A stretch of DNA of 64,000 nucleotides from Bilabrum cf. latius (taxonomy: Eukaryota), in contig OZ237736.1 in assembly GCA_965178125.1 (NCBI GenBank), positions 62,001 through 126,000 of the forward strand, in the 5' to 3' direction. Position 1 is the first letter of the stretch. Each line of letters opens with the position of its first letter. The notes under the pieces were generated by a model that was given only the letters and a program-made list of their open reading frames with translations, made no database searches and was not told the origin of the DNA. The position numbers were made by a program, and so were the translations under genes. This document shows positions 11,604 to 24,054 of this stretch, one piece after another.

Positions 11604-14600
11604 TTATGTCCTTTCTTTGCTCCTTTTCTTGCTATTCTTCTTGCCTGACCGGCTCCAGCCCAGCTGCTGCCGCACACGCTCCCTGCCAGCCTCGTCCAGC
11701 CAAGGCGCCCACACGTCCACGATGAGCACCGTCCTCCACCCGTCCCCGCGCACCTGGGCCGCCAGCCTGTCTTTCTCCTGGCTGGGCTCCGCTCTCCTGG
11801 GCAGCCTCACTTCGTGCTCGAACGAGTCGTCGAACACGAAAGCGCTCCCCTCCTCCCACGCACGCCACCGGTCCCCCACCCGGATGGCTGGCACGCCCGG
11901 CCAGCCCTCCTTCAGCAAAAGCGCCGAGCCGTTCGTACCGCCTCCGGACCCGCTCCGCCGCGCCGAAGGGACCTACACTCCTAGGTGCAGCCTCCACCGG
12001 TGGTTGCTGGGACCAGCGTGCGTCCTTACCCTCGCACCGGGTGGCAGGGAACTGACCTCGACCGAGCCGAGCGGAAGGTCGTGCGCGAGACCCCGCCACG
12101 GACTCGGAGCCGCGGCCTTTCCTCCGCTTGGACCACCTTCCTGCGAGTCCACCGGTGGATCGAAGAGCTCCTTGATCGCCTGCCACAGCCGGGGCAGCCA
12201 CTTCTTGGGGTGCGCCTTCCGCGGCCTCCCCTCGTCCGCCACCTTCAGCCAGTCCCTTGCGGTTGCAACCACCATCTCGTGGTTCGGGACGTACTGTTCC
12301 CCATCCAGCCCCACGATGCCCGCGGCACTGGCCACCTGCGCGGTGAACATCCCCGCGAGGTTCGACTCTGCCCCCCTCCTGACCTTGCCCATGGCCACCC
12401 GCCCGTCCCTTCGGATCACCAGCTGCCTCCACGCCCCCCCCGCCGCCAGCCCCTCCTGATCCTCCCTCTGCAGCAGCCTGTAGTGGCCCCTCTCCTTGAG
12501 CGCCTGCTGCCTCGCCTGCTTGGGCCCCTCCAGCACGCCCTGGCCCAGCTCGGCCCCGTGCCTCAGCTCCTCCTTCAATGTCCGCTGCAGGGCTTCCTGC
12601 TTGCTGGGGGCACCTGGAGACCGGAACTCGGCCTCCAGGTGCGTGACAAATGCGCGCAGCCCCTTGAATCGATCGGCTGTGCCCTCCTCCATGGTCTCCA
12701 GCCAGCCGCAGTACGACGAATCGGGCGCCGTGCCCGTCTAGCAGTCCTCCCAATCGACGCTGCCGTGGTGCGCGTCGCCTTGCGCTGCACCTGATCCGAT
12801 CGCATCAGCAAGTCCTTGCGCGGCTCCGAATCCATTTGGTCGACTCCCCTCCACCCTCGGACCCACGTTGCCCCTGACCCCGATCTCCCCTGCTTGCTCG
12901 ATCGCGTCCAGCGGCCACGGGGCCCCCGGCGCCCACTGTTCCCTGGACCCTGCCTTGGGGACTCGCTCCCCCCTGGTGTCCACCAGCAGAGCAGGTCTCT
13001 ACCACACCGAGGGCCATATTCCTGCTGTGACGAGTGGTCCCACCACCGCCCCCGCCTCCCCGCACGCGTCCCCCGCCTCTCGCAGAGCCCTCCCCAGTTC
13101 GTAGGCGGAGCCGCGGGCCCCATGCCAGCCCGCATCCGAGGAAGACTCCGACAAGCGCACCAGTGCAGGCAGCAGACCACCCTCCAGCAGCTACTGTACC
13201 CCGGGTATCCGAGCGGACGCAAGGGGTGATGATCCACCCTGGCACCCAGGCACGCTCACTCTTGCTGACGTCTCGCCCCAGCCCTGTCCTAGCCCACCTG
13301 CACCGCCTGCACCGCCTGCTCCTGCTCCTGCTCCTGCCGCCCCCTCGCCAAGCGCTCTAATGTGCGCCGCGAATAGAGCTGCCGCCGCCATAGGAGCTCT
13401 GGATCTCACCTCGTTGGCGGCAGCGAGCAGCACGCTTCTGGCACCTTCCATGGCGAGCCGCTTGGTCCTTGTCCTGGCGCGCTTGCTCGATTTGTTGCCC
13501 TGTTGCTTTCCCCGGGTGCCCGCTTTATTCTTTTTGCCACCATCCCTCGATGCCTCACCATCCTTATCTCCCTCGTCTTCATCTTCATCGAAGTCCCCCT
13601 CGTCCTCATCCGCAAACCCCGCCGTCTCCAGCCCCCGCTTCCGCATCACCTGGCTCATCACCGAAGGCCCCCTACCCAGGCGGGACCGGTCCTGTCTGTC
13701 CCCCCCTCCGGCCCTCGAGGCGTCTCCACCGTGTGCGGCCTAGGACAGCAGTGACCACGCCTCCTCCAAGTGTTTCTCCTCCTCATCGACACCGCTATCG
13801 CCACCGCTTCCGTCCTCACCACTGGTGCCCACCTGCCCAGCGGTCGACAGTGACCCCAGCTCCTGCAGCGACCGAAGGCGCCTGGCTTCGAAATCGTCCA
13901 TTGAGCGACGGCCCGCCGCAACCTCCACTATCCCAGTTGCGACCGCGTCCACGATGCGGGCCGCCGTCACTTCAGCGCGCTGTTTCGATTCAGCGTCGCT
14001 GGCGAGCGTGCCGTTTGCGCCACCGCCGGGCCCGTCCCCCAGCAGCCCCGCCCGCTTCAGCGAGGCCCACTGCTGTGGCTCCCTACTCGTCACACTGGTC
14101 ACGCAGGCGGCCCAGGAGGCCCAGGCAGCCGCGCTCCGAGCCGACACCCCGAGTGCGGACAGCGCCAGCCTCAGCCGCGGCAGGGCCATGTCGCATCGGC
14201 CCGCGCGCTGCAGTGCAGTGCCCGTGATGGCCAGCACGTGCCAGTCCTGGCTGCCTCCAGTGGAGGCTCCCGCGGGCAGGCCCAGGCCCCGCGCGGATGC
14301 CCTGCCGCTCGCGATCTGCTGCCCCATCCCCATGGCAGTGAGGGGGACCTCCGGCGAGGAGGAGCCGCCGGTGGGCGATATGCTCGTCTGGTTTAGCTTG
14401 CGCGCGGCCGGCTCCGGTGCGATTCCTTGCGTGGCTCCAAGGAGCATCACGGCCGCTGATTCGTACACGAGTGGGATCGTGGGGAGGAAGGCGATCTGCT
14501 CCGGGCTGCGGGACCACGCCATGCCGCTGTCGCGGAGCGCCTCGAAGTGCTTGCGGCGCGCATCGATGGGCCATTCCTTGGGCTTCAAGCTCTTTTGCTT

Positions 14601-15077
14601 CTATTTTCGGTTCGGATTTTTGGACCGCTTGACCCGCCGTTTCCTCTTCACCTTGCGGGTCTTCGGAGTAGGCTTAGACACGGGGGCCTGGGGAGCAGAG
14701 TACCTGTCCGGGTGCCCTAATCTAGCAGCAGACAGACCAAATGCTGCGCCTGCCGCTATGTCGCAACCGTTGCATCCAGCTCGTTCCAGAAAGGATGCGG
14801 CGTTGTGCAGCAAAATGGCCTACACAAAGTTCGTCTTGTCCGCGCCGTCAACGGCAAGCAGACCTTGTTCAGCCTTTTCGTAGTCATCTAGTACAGATAT
14901 TGCTTCTTTCGGAGTCACGCTCCTGCCTGCCTTCTGCGCCGCTACCACTGTTTCGTCCGCGCGGGCATCGGCGTATTGGGCTAGGATCATCGGATCTTTC
15001 GGAGGCTCCTGCTCCTTAACGTCCGTCATCTGACCCAAAGCATGCCAGATAAATATCAAACTCAGTAGCACTTGCAT
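11604..15077 (-). CDS. Aspartyl/asparaginyl beta-hydroxylase-domain (2OG-Fe dioxygenase) protein, ~1157 aa, putative signal peptide
   Basis: Seven track ORFs in one frame joined by TAG. C-terminal THAGPSNHRWRLHLGV...WEEGSAFVFDDSFEHEV...RTVLIVDVW; hydrophobic N-terminus MQVLLSLIFIWHALG; TAA stop. Confidence 0.88.
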
Positions 15078-16508
15078 GGCACACTTGGGGCGTACAGAGC
15101 TTGCGCGTTGTGCTCGAATCTATCCGTGGATTCGCCAACTCCACGTGTGCCACAGTGACGACGATGGCTTCGAGGTCGGGCTCTATATAGTAGAAATAGA
15201 GTTTACTTATATAAAAACTACACACATTTTGGCGGATAACATAAGAGGTCAATATTAACCACTTCACAACATCTTAAGCCGTAGTCCTTCATAATGTCCT
15301 TCACTTGAACATAATAATTTAATAGCTATTTATTCATATATCTACCTAATTTAATACCTTCGCGCCGTTAATGTCTATCTGTTAGACCTTTACTTTACTT
15401 AATCTGTTGAGTGAATCCCTAGCCTAAGTCTTAGGATATGCCCGCCCGAAATTGCGGAAATATATAGTCATTTAAGAATATATGTTCGCAATTCTGGGCG
15501 CGTAGGTGTATTGAGTTTTATATTATGATTTGGTTTTAAGTATCAATTGACATTTACCACTTTAGAAAATAACTAAATAAATACTTAAAGAGATTGACAG
15601 AAGTATTAAAGTCTTTTTAATACTTCCAATGAAAAATTTAAATTAATAAATAAAACTAAACTAATATATCAACTTAATTTATCTCTTTTTTTATTACTTG
15701 TCAATCTATACTTAAATAATTGAATATTTAAATATAACTAGAAGGAGATATTAATCACTTTATAAAGTCTTTTATATGTCATCTCTTCAAAACTTCAAAT
15801 ATAAGGGTATCCCCTTAAAAATACATCCTTTAATCTATCGCCCGAAATTGCGGTAATATTATAGCTATTCAAGATATATTTCCGCAATTCTGGGCGCGTA
15901 GGTGTATTGATTTTTATTTTTCATAATTCTTTAAATATGTTAAAGTCCTTTGTTTGAGTATATGATATAAAGGAATACAAAGCGGGATAACTTAAAAATG
16001 ATAAATGTTTTGACGATGACTTTAAAATGACTCAATGAACTGGTTTATGTCAAGTGTATTACTTTGAAATGATTAATCACTAGATTAAATGGAAAATATA
16101 GGATAATTAAATATGGTATAGTATAATACTAGCGCCCGAAATTGCGGTAATATATTAGGATATTAAGATATATTGTCGCAATTCTGGGCGCGTAGGTGTA
16201 TTGAGTTTTATATTTTGTTAATTTTGACATAGTTATCTTATAGAGGTGTAATTTTGTAATAAAGATATTTCTAGTATGTGCTATATTAAATGTCCAGAAA
16301 TGACGGCCCGAAATTGCGGAAATATATTAGGATATTAAGAGATATTGTCGCAATTCTGGGCGCGTAGGTGTCTTCAATAATTAATAATCAACTACTTCTT
16401 TAGTTTGATTAATTTTTTTGACTTACCGTTCATTTTATTGACCACTTAACGGGATATCACAAAAAGACTTAACCACTTGACGAGATATTTTAAAATAACT
16501 AATAATAA

Positions 16509-16582
16509 ATATGACCGCCCCAAATTGTATCTCCAGATATGACCGCCCCAAATTGTATCTCCAGATATGACCGCCCCAAATT
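16509..16582 (+). repeat. 28-bp tandem repeat (~2.7 copies) of the palindrome left arm
   Basis: ATATGACCGCCCCAAATTGTATCTCCAG twice, then a third partial copy running into a full palindrome. Confidence 0.9.
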
Positions 16583-16733
16583 GCGGAAATATATAAGTAT
16601 CAAGAAAATTATGTTTGCAATTCTGGGCGCTCACCCGTATTCAATTTTACATATTCACTAACTCATACCACTTATTTTAAGTCATTTTCTAGTTTTAAAA
16701 ACTTAAAGATTTATCTAGTATATTACTATAGTA

Positions 16734-16943
16734 ATGCCAGATATTAAAGATGTATTAAAATAGGTTCAAGACATTATGGAAGATTATCAAAGACTCAAGG
16801 AATAGGAGACCAAAAAGAAGGAAGCTATTAAAAAAGCTAAATAGAAATATTACCAAAAGAATCAAGAGAAATGGAAGGGGTACTATTAGAAGAGAAAACA
16901 GGTTAAGGATGAACCAGATACAGAAGGATTAAATAAGACTTAA
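16734..16943 (+). CDS. Small basic hypothetical protein (virophage A)
   Basis: ATG...TAA with four in-frame TAG; KYYQKNQEKW resembles EYYKTNKDKW of B 43024-43326. Confidence 0.6.
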
Positions 16944-16975
16944 AAATATATTTTATTATTATAGTATTATTAATA

Positions 16976-17188
16976 ATGGATTTAATAGATACCAAATCAA
17001 ATAATCAAGTTATCAATAAACCAATACATCAATTACAAGACTTACCAATAGAGTTTCAAGAGACTATAAGTTATTTACTAATCGGGAAATCCCCAGCAGA
17101 AATTGAAAAATTTAAAAATACTCTAGTTGTGCGCGAAAATCCATCTCAATCCTTTAAGCCAAAATAGTGCGTCTAGAAAATGACTTAA
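16976..17188 (+). CDS. Small hypothetical protein (virophage A)
   Basis: Track ORF extended through two TAG to TAA. Confidence 0.5.
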
Positions 17189-17218
17189 AAAATTATCTTT
17201 AGTATAGTATATACTAGA

Positions 17219-20017
17219 ATGACGACCGAACACATATCTAACCCTGTTTATTTCTCAATAGCTCACAACTCTAAACAACCACTTATTAAGTCTTGGTAGA
17301 ATTTGGAATCTACTAAACTTATCACCAGAAAGTCAAATCTTAATGTTGGATTACTAACTGGAAGACGTGCAGGTTTCTTTGTCCTTGACTTAGATTGTGA
17401 AAAAGAGAAAAATAAAACTGAATTTCAAAATGGTAAGTTTATTGCGGAATATGGTAGTGTTGATAAGTTTATTCAAGAGATGAATACTTACACTGTCAAG
17501 TCTCCCAATGGATATCATTTGTATTTTAAGTATGAAGAAGAGTTTAGTAAGAGGTCAGTAAATAGAAAAGAACATATAGATGTGATCACAAATGATAGCT
17601 TTATCATGTGTCCTCCTAGCTCTATCAACGGTAAGAAATACGAACTAATACAAAAGACATCCGTGAAAAGAATACCAACTGACGTCAAGATGTTCATACT
17701 ACAAAATATCTATTCACCACAACTTACAGCTGAAGACTACCGTTATATGATTAAACCCGAAGAATACAAACAATACTTATATCAATTAGGTAAAGAGTAT
17801 TATTCTAATTCATATAACTGGCATCTAGTTTGTAGAGCTACAAGTTATATCGCTAAATACTTAAATCCAGTAGATGGTAATAAGGTATATGATATGTTTG
17901 ATGAATGGAGCAAACAAGACGTAGAAAGCTATTAGTCGACTAAGAACAAGATAATTTTTACTCGATTATTAGAAAATTCCACTTTTCAATGTGTTGAATG
18001 GTTCTTTAATTAGTTAGATAGTGAAAAGAAACGACTTAGCCTATATTATCGATACAAGATATTCAAGAATAAAGTAGTCAAGAAAGTCAATTAGAAGATT
18101 GACCGTAGATATTTGACTGCTGACGACAAAGGTCGTTATATTAAATTCTTTAAGAAAGGTATCAACTATGCCGTTAAGTCGGGGGCTGGTTCTGGAAAGA
18201 CAACTGCTGCTAATGATTTATTTAATAGAGTAGATGACAGCTTTTTATCAGTTGTAAGTCGTATTTTATTAGGTAAGCAATAGATGCGTAGTCTTCCAAA
18301 ATCAACTAAATTCTATCAAGACCATAAATACAAATAGGGTGATAGTATTGTTATTACTCCTGAAAGTATTGTTAGTCTTAGCAATTATAACTTTAAGGAT
18401 TATATTGTCTTTTTAGATGAGTTTAATAGTATCTTAGAACACTGTTTAAGTTCTACGACTTTATATGGTAGGCGACCAATGAGTTTCATTACTCTTATTC
18501 GTGCTCTTACCACTTGTAAGTAGTTCATAGTAGCAGATGCTGACTTATCTCAAGATGCTCTATATTTCTTAGAATTATTAAAATTAGATTATCAATATAT
18601 TAGGAATGACAGAAACAGGTTCAAGGGCACCAAAACTGTATTTGTTAATGACGAACAGACTTTTAGAGATGAGTTAATGAAACACAAGAAATTTATGCTT
18701 GCTAGTGATAGTAAGACAAAAGCTGATATAATCAATGAGTTAATTAGTCTTAAAATTATAGATAACGAGAAAGATAAGAAATTAAATAAAATCTTAATAC
18801 TTACAGCAGAAAGCGAAGACAAAGACTATGATATGGATATGTTTGATATCATTATCTTCTCACCTAAAGTCATTTACGGGATAGATAGCACTATGACTAG
18901 ACCAGTCTTTGGTTATTTCAAAGGTCATACTATCACACCTCCCCAAATGGTTCAATAGCTTAACAGATGTAGAAACCCATCACATATCACTATATTTTTT
19001 GATTACTAGAAAGGACGATCTAGCACATATGAAAGTCTTTCACAAGTTAAATCTTTTATGGCTACCTCTTTAAAAGACTACGAAGAATTAGTTAAATTTG
19101 TCAGTGATACATATCCCGACTTCAACGAGGTAGAAGTAGAAGACAAAGTAGAAGAAGAAATGAGCAAAGTTAAAATCATATTCAAGAAACTATATCGTAA
19201 TTATCTTTACAAGGTAGATTGTTATAAGACAAACCCTAAATTACATATGATCAAGTAGTTAATTGATACCGGTTATGACGTGTCTTATGATTTATCTGTT
19301 AAGATCACCAGATGTAAGGATAAAGAAATCAAAGATACCATTAAAGAAAAACAACTTGAAAATTTTGATATTAATTGTCTTAATGTCAAGAAGATCAATA
19401 AATACTTAGACTTAGATGAAGGTGATATTGACAAATACAAAGAGTACTTTATTAATAAAGGTAAGTTATCTAATTTATTTAATTTCAATAAATTCTTTAG
19501 ACAAGATGATAAACACTTACTTGTGAAAGCAATTAATAAAGGCGAGTTTGATATTATCAATGCTAAGTCTAGTTCTAGAAAATTAGTCTTACTTAATAAG
19601 ATGATTGATACTTTGGGTCTTAAAAGAACTAATCTTGATTATAATATCAAAAAGAAAGTATTAGATCAAGACTTAACAGATGAATATAGGACAGTGTATG
19701 ACTGCCAAAGAAGAAGTAAAGTTGACCTATCCACTGATAAAGGTCTCTATTACGAAATACTTAAAGTATATAAATCAATGTTTGGGAAAGACATATTTAT
19801 GACTTGTAAGAAAAAGAAAATTAACTATGATGTAGAATTTAATTAGGATATTATTGATGAGATGGAATATATCTGGTCTAACAAGAAAAAGACTCGTGAA
19901 GTAGATATATTTGTTGATGATGAAGAGGTTCAATTACCCGATGAAGAGATAGAGGTTGACTTGGACCCCGCTTTATTTGTTGATGAGGATAATGATCCAC
20001 TAGAACAACAAAATTAA
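17219..20017 (+). CDS. Primase-polymerase (PrimPol) fused to origin-binding-protein-like (UL9-type) SF2 helicase, ~932 aa
   Basis: N-terminal NVGLLTG...VLDLD...TVKSPNGYHLYF; Walker A KSGAGSGKTT; Walker B FLDEFNS; FSPKVIYGID; QMVQ(TAG)LNRCR. One frame with TAG=Gln. Confidence 0.88.
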
Positions 20018-20079
20018 ATTATGACTTATTAATAAAAAACTTAATAAGACTTAATAATACATACCTTATATAAAATGAC

Positions 20080-20430
20080 TTAGTGGTCTCTTTTTGTCTT
20101 TTTAATTTTTTCTTCTCTCTTCTTCCTTTCACATTCACTTCTTTCAACACGATACATCAGCTCCTAGACGTGTTTCACTTGCTCTTCATATTCTAACTGT
20201 TCCAATGTACTTTCGAGTTTCTTGATAATATTGTCGAATTTAAAACTAAAGACATTCTAACGATAACCATCACCTTTGTCTTTTGGTTTCATCCATACAT
20301 ATTTATCAAAGTGATTCTCAATACTTTTACCTATACTACTGACTACATCATCGACACCTACACCTTTAACAAGACATTCATCTATAAAATTTTGAGATAG
20401 TTCAATTTTGATATCTTCTTTATCTGACAT
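20080..20430 (-). CDS. Hypothetical protein (cassette 1), N-terminus paralogous to 20984-21373
   Basis: MSDKEDIKIELSQ; ATG preceded by TATATATAG motif; TAA stop after two TAG. Confidence 0.65.
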
Positions 20431-20600
20431 TACTATATATATAGTGGATATTTTTTGGCGAAAGTAATAAACTAGTCTTAAGATATGACCGCCCGAAATT
20501 GCGGTAATATTATAGCTATTTAAGATATATTTCCGCAATTCTGGGCGCGTAGGTGTATTGAATTTTTAAATTTATTTGAATATAATATTTTTTACCTCTT

Positions 20601-20921
20601 GGTGCGTTGTGGTCTTGGTCTAGTGATATCGTGATTGTTTCACAAAGTCAAGGTCGTGGGTTCGATTCCCACCACTGACATCGCCGTAAGTCGTTCTGTA
20701 AGTCATTTTCATGACAAAGCACACGTCTTGCAAGTCTTTGAAGGGAGTTTGGATACTGTAGAAGTAGTCGTAAGTGGTTGTAGCAGACTTAGTCGTAAGA
20801 CTTAATAGGGATAGCGGTCCATGGTTGACATTCGCATCTCCGCTACAACAATGACTTACGAATGACTTCGCCAAGTAGTCAAACCATCGGTATAATTACT
20901 AGCTCAAAGAAATTTTTTTTT
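20601..20921 (+). ncRNA. Putative Pol III transcript: degenerate tRNA-like head plus structured 3' body
   Basis: A-box-like TGGTCTAGTGA 20616-20626; perfect T-arm GTGGG-TTCGATT-CCCAC 20656-20672; long-range stems; T9 run at 20913-20921; GC-richer than flanks. Confidence 0.55.
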
Positions 20922-20983
20922 ATTACATAGATATGACTTAATATTAATAACTTTAATATTAAGACTTTATTATTAAGACTTAA

Positions 20984-21373
20984 TTATGACATATGTTTTT
21001 TATATTCTTTAACACTCCTATCCATAGCATCCAGAATCATTTGTCTGTGATCTTCTTCAGTTAATGGTCTTCTTTTCCTGTTGCTATCACTTAACTTACA
21101 CTGAACGTATCCCATAATCGCGTCTTGTCTTTCATCAGTTAAGTCTTTAAGTAATTCAAAAACTTGATTTGCTTTATAGTCGGTCGTATATGAGAACTCC
21201 ATCATTCCATCTTTTGGAGTCGGTTGACCTATTTGTCTTAACACTATCTCATTTCCTTCTATCTTACTTGTGATTTTTCCACATAACATCTTACCTATTC
21301 CATCCCAATCAAGGTTTACACTTGATACAAGACTTTGAGAAAACGATATTTTTAAATCTACTTTATCTGACAT
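20984..21373 (-). CDS. Hypothetical protein (cassette 2)
   Basis: Intact 129-aa ORF MSDKVDLKISFSQ with the shared upstream block. Confidence 0.7.
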   Translation of the reverse strand: MSDKVDLKISFSQSLVSSVNLDWDGIGKMLCGKITSKIEGNEIVLRQIGQPTPKDGMMEFSYTTDYKANQVFELLKDLTDERQDAIMGYVQCKLSDSNRKRRPLTEEDHRQMILDAMDRSVKEYKKHMS

Positions 21374-21410
21374 TACTATATATATAGTGGATATTTTTCG
21401 GCGTAATATT
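21374..21410 (-). promoter_or_regulatory. Recurrent upstream motif CGCC(A/G)AAAAATATCCACTATATATATAGT-ATG (putative viral promoter)
   Basis: Near-identical upstream of ATGs at 20430, 21373 and 21938; variants upstream of 32571, 33507 and 36078. Confidence 0.6.
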
Positions 21411-21515
21411 TAAACTAGTCTTTAGATATGACCGCCCGAAATTGCGGTAATATTATAGCTATTCAAGATATATTTCCGCAATTCTGGGCGCGTACCCGTA
21501 TTGAGTTTTTAATAA

Positions 21516-21938
21516 TTAATCCATATTAGGGGGTTTCTTATACAAGATAGCAGGGTCGCATCCATTTGTTGGAAAGTCTGCTGGATACCACCCCCATACT
21601 ACTTTATAAATATCTGTGCTCGTGTCGTGTTCAACTTTATGATAAAAAATACAATCATAATGAATACCATTCTAATTACGCACCTCTTGCTCCATCTCTT
21701 CAATTATCTATCCTACCTTTAACTTTGTAAAGCCTCCTTCACTTACATATGTCTTTATATGACCTCTATTATTTACTTGTATCTAGTCTTTATCTATTAC
21801 TATTTCTTCTGGGTCTCCTTCAAATTCATCATCTAAGTAAACCTTTTGAGATTTAAGTGTTGGGTCTTCTCTATGTGGTAAGAATAAGAATGAATACTCC
21901 ATATAAAGTAAGTCTTCACACGGTGATACTGCTGCCAT
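21516..21938 (-). CDS. Hypothetical protein (cassette 3), 140 aa
   Basis: MAAVSPCEDLLY...KKPPNMD-TAA with three TAG; same upstream block; absent from the track. Confidence 0.65.
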
Positions 21939-22125
21939 AACTATATATATAGTGGATATTTTTTGGCGTAATATTTAAACTAGTCTTAAGGTATGACCGC
22001 CCCAAATTGCGGTAATATTATAGCTATTTAAGATATATTTCTGCAATTCTGGGCGCGTACCCGTATTGAGTTTTTAAATTTAGTCAATATTTATAACTTT
22101 TAAATATTAATTAATAATTTACGAC

Positions 22126-24012
22126 TCACATATTGAGCTACTTTCTAAGTTTCATAAGTTGAGCCTTAGTTAATTTCTTCCCTCCACTGGTCAAAAGACT
22201 TCCACCACTAGTTAAAAGACCTGCTCCAACACGTTCAGCTAAGTCATTCACTTCATCGGGTAAGTATTCACTTACTGCTTGTCTTGCTTTACGAAGAGCT
22301 GGTTTCACTTTATCAAATTTAGCTTTAGCTTTCTTTCCAAAGTCTACCACTTTACGTCCTAAGTCTTTAGCTTTGTTAAAGGCTCTCTTAAAGAATTGCA
22401 TCACTTTACGACGTCTTCCACCTAATACGTTCTTAGAGTAGTTCATATTAGAAAATGTATAATTAGAAGGTTTAGCCACTTTCTCAGGGTCAACAGAAGC
22501 ACTATCTTCACGCCATTCAATAGCGGCACCTCTAGTATTCACGATAATCTTGTCATAGGCACAGAATAATTGAGCTTTATATCCTTGAGACATAGCAGCG
22601 GTTGGGGGTTCGTCATAGGCTACTTGAACACGAATACTAATAGGGTCAGCACTGTTGCTTTGAATAGTTTCAGGAGTATTTAAATCACTAAGTCTAAATA
22701 AGAGCCAGCCATTAGATCCGTATACTTTAGAAGCACCTCCTACAGTTACATCTAAGTTAGTAAAAGAAGCATACTCACTATTTGATCCATTTCTTTCACT
22801 AAGTCTAAAGATATCGTCTTGTGTAAGTTCTCCTAAAATAGAACCCTAAGACCTAAGTTGTACTTTAATATTGTTAATGGCAAGTGTTCTATGAGGTGTA
22901 CCACTAGCTTCTCCATATTGAGAATCAACTAAGCACACAGCAAACCAAGAAGGGCAAGTCTAAAGTTGATAATTATTAAAAGTATGGACACCTTTAGTAG
23001 TGATAGGATTATCAAGTTTAGGCTCTTCATGTAGTTCAAAGTCAACAGAGTTGTAGAATATTTGTTTAGGTACTTTCTTCAAGAAGTTAAGATGAGTATT
23101 ATAAGTAAAGACATCAAAATGGATCTAGCAATCGGATAAAGCAAAAGCATAGTCTCCATTCCAATCACTTGAAGTATTAAACATCTTATCAATTAAGTTA
23201 TTTCTCATTTGTAAATTAACATTTAATTGTGGATGATCAACAAAAGGTCTAGCATTACCACCCATCATATATTGGAAAGGACGTGCAAGAAGTGCTTCAG
23301 AGATTTCAATATGTAATTTGACATAGTCTTGAGTTGGTGTTACATTATTATTAGGTATTGGAGTATTAGCATCCACTTTTTCAAGTGTTGCGCGGTAATT
23401 CTTACCAGGACCGCGAGCTTCCATAATACTATCATCATTTACACCCCATTGAAGGACAGACTTAGCAAGACCATTTGCGGCAGTATTAAATTCCCAAGTG
23501 TTATCAGCCTAAAAGACAGGACTTATTTGTGCTAGAGTGGCACGGTCAAGACTTCTAGCTATTAAATTGACTAATTGATAAGGTGATGAACTACGAGATA
23601 AGTCTCCCATTTTAACTGTGGAACTTGTGATCATTGAATTTACCATAAATGTAGAAGGGGCTACCTTATTGACGATATCAGTTTGAGCTACTGCTCCATT
23701 GTTCTAACTATCATAGATGTATACGTCAAATGAAACTCTTAGACGGGGATTACTGTCAGTCATTCCTTGATTTGATGGCACTACGAAAGTATAATTACTT
23801 CTAAATGCATTAGTTGCGCTAGAGTTACCACCATCTGGTTCGTAGTGGTTTTGAAACTTGGAAGAGTATCCAAGGGTAGTTCCGAGAGTAATAGCTTGAC
23901 TATCACCCACAAAGTTGAGTTTTTCGTCAGCTATTTGAGTTACTGGTAGTTCTGAGACGTCATCTACGACTTTGCTTTGTGCTGCTACAGGTACATTATC
24001 CATATCAGACAT
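22126..24012 (-). CDS. Virophage major capsid protein, ~628 aa
   Basis: Three track ORFs in one frame. PSWFAVC...LAINNIKVQL...GELTQDDIFRLSERNGS resembles the virophage MCP C-terminal jelly roll; GG-containing basic tail; next to penton. Confidence 0.88.
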
Positions 24013-24054
24013 TATAAATATATTAAGACTAAAGATATTTATTTATTTTTAACT

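Noticed and set aside
4327-14883. Many long overlapping ORFs (e.g. 4327-5250, 6202-7482, 11617-12459, 13825-14883)
   Set aside because: Antisense or off-frame shadows of GC-rich genes with no motifs.
15443-16630. CRISPR-like array of palindromic repeats
   Set aside because: Repeats are ~58 bp with variable cores, spacers are 115-340 bp and irregular, copies are dispersed genome-wide, and no cas genes are visible.
20601-20680. Functional or amber-suppressor tRNA
   Set aside because: No CTA anticodon; the anticodon loop is oversized and acceptor/D stems are poor. Kept only as tRNA-like.
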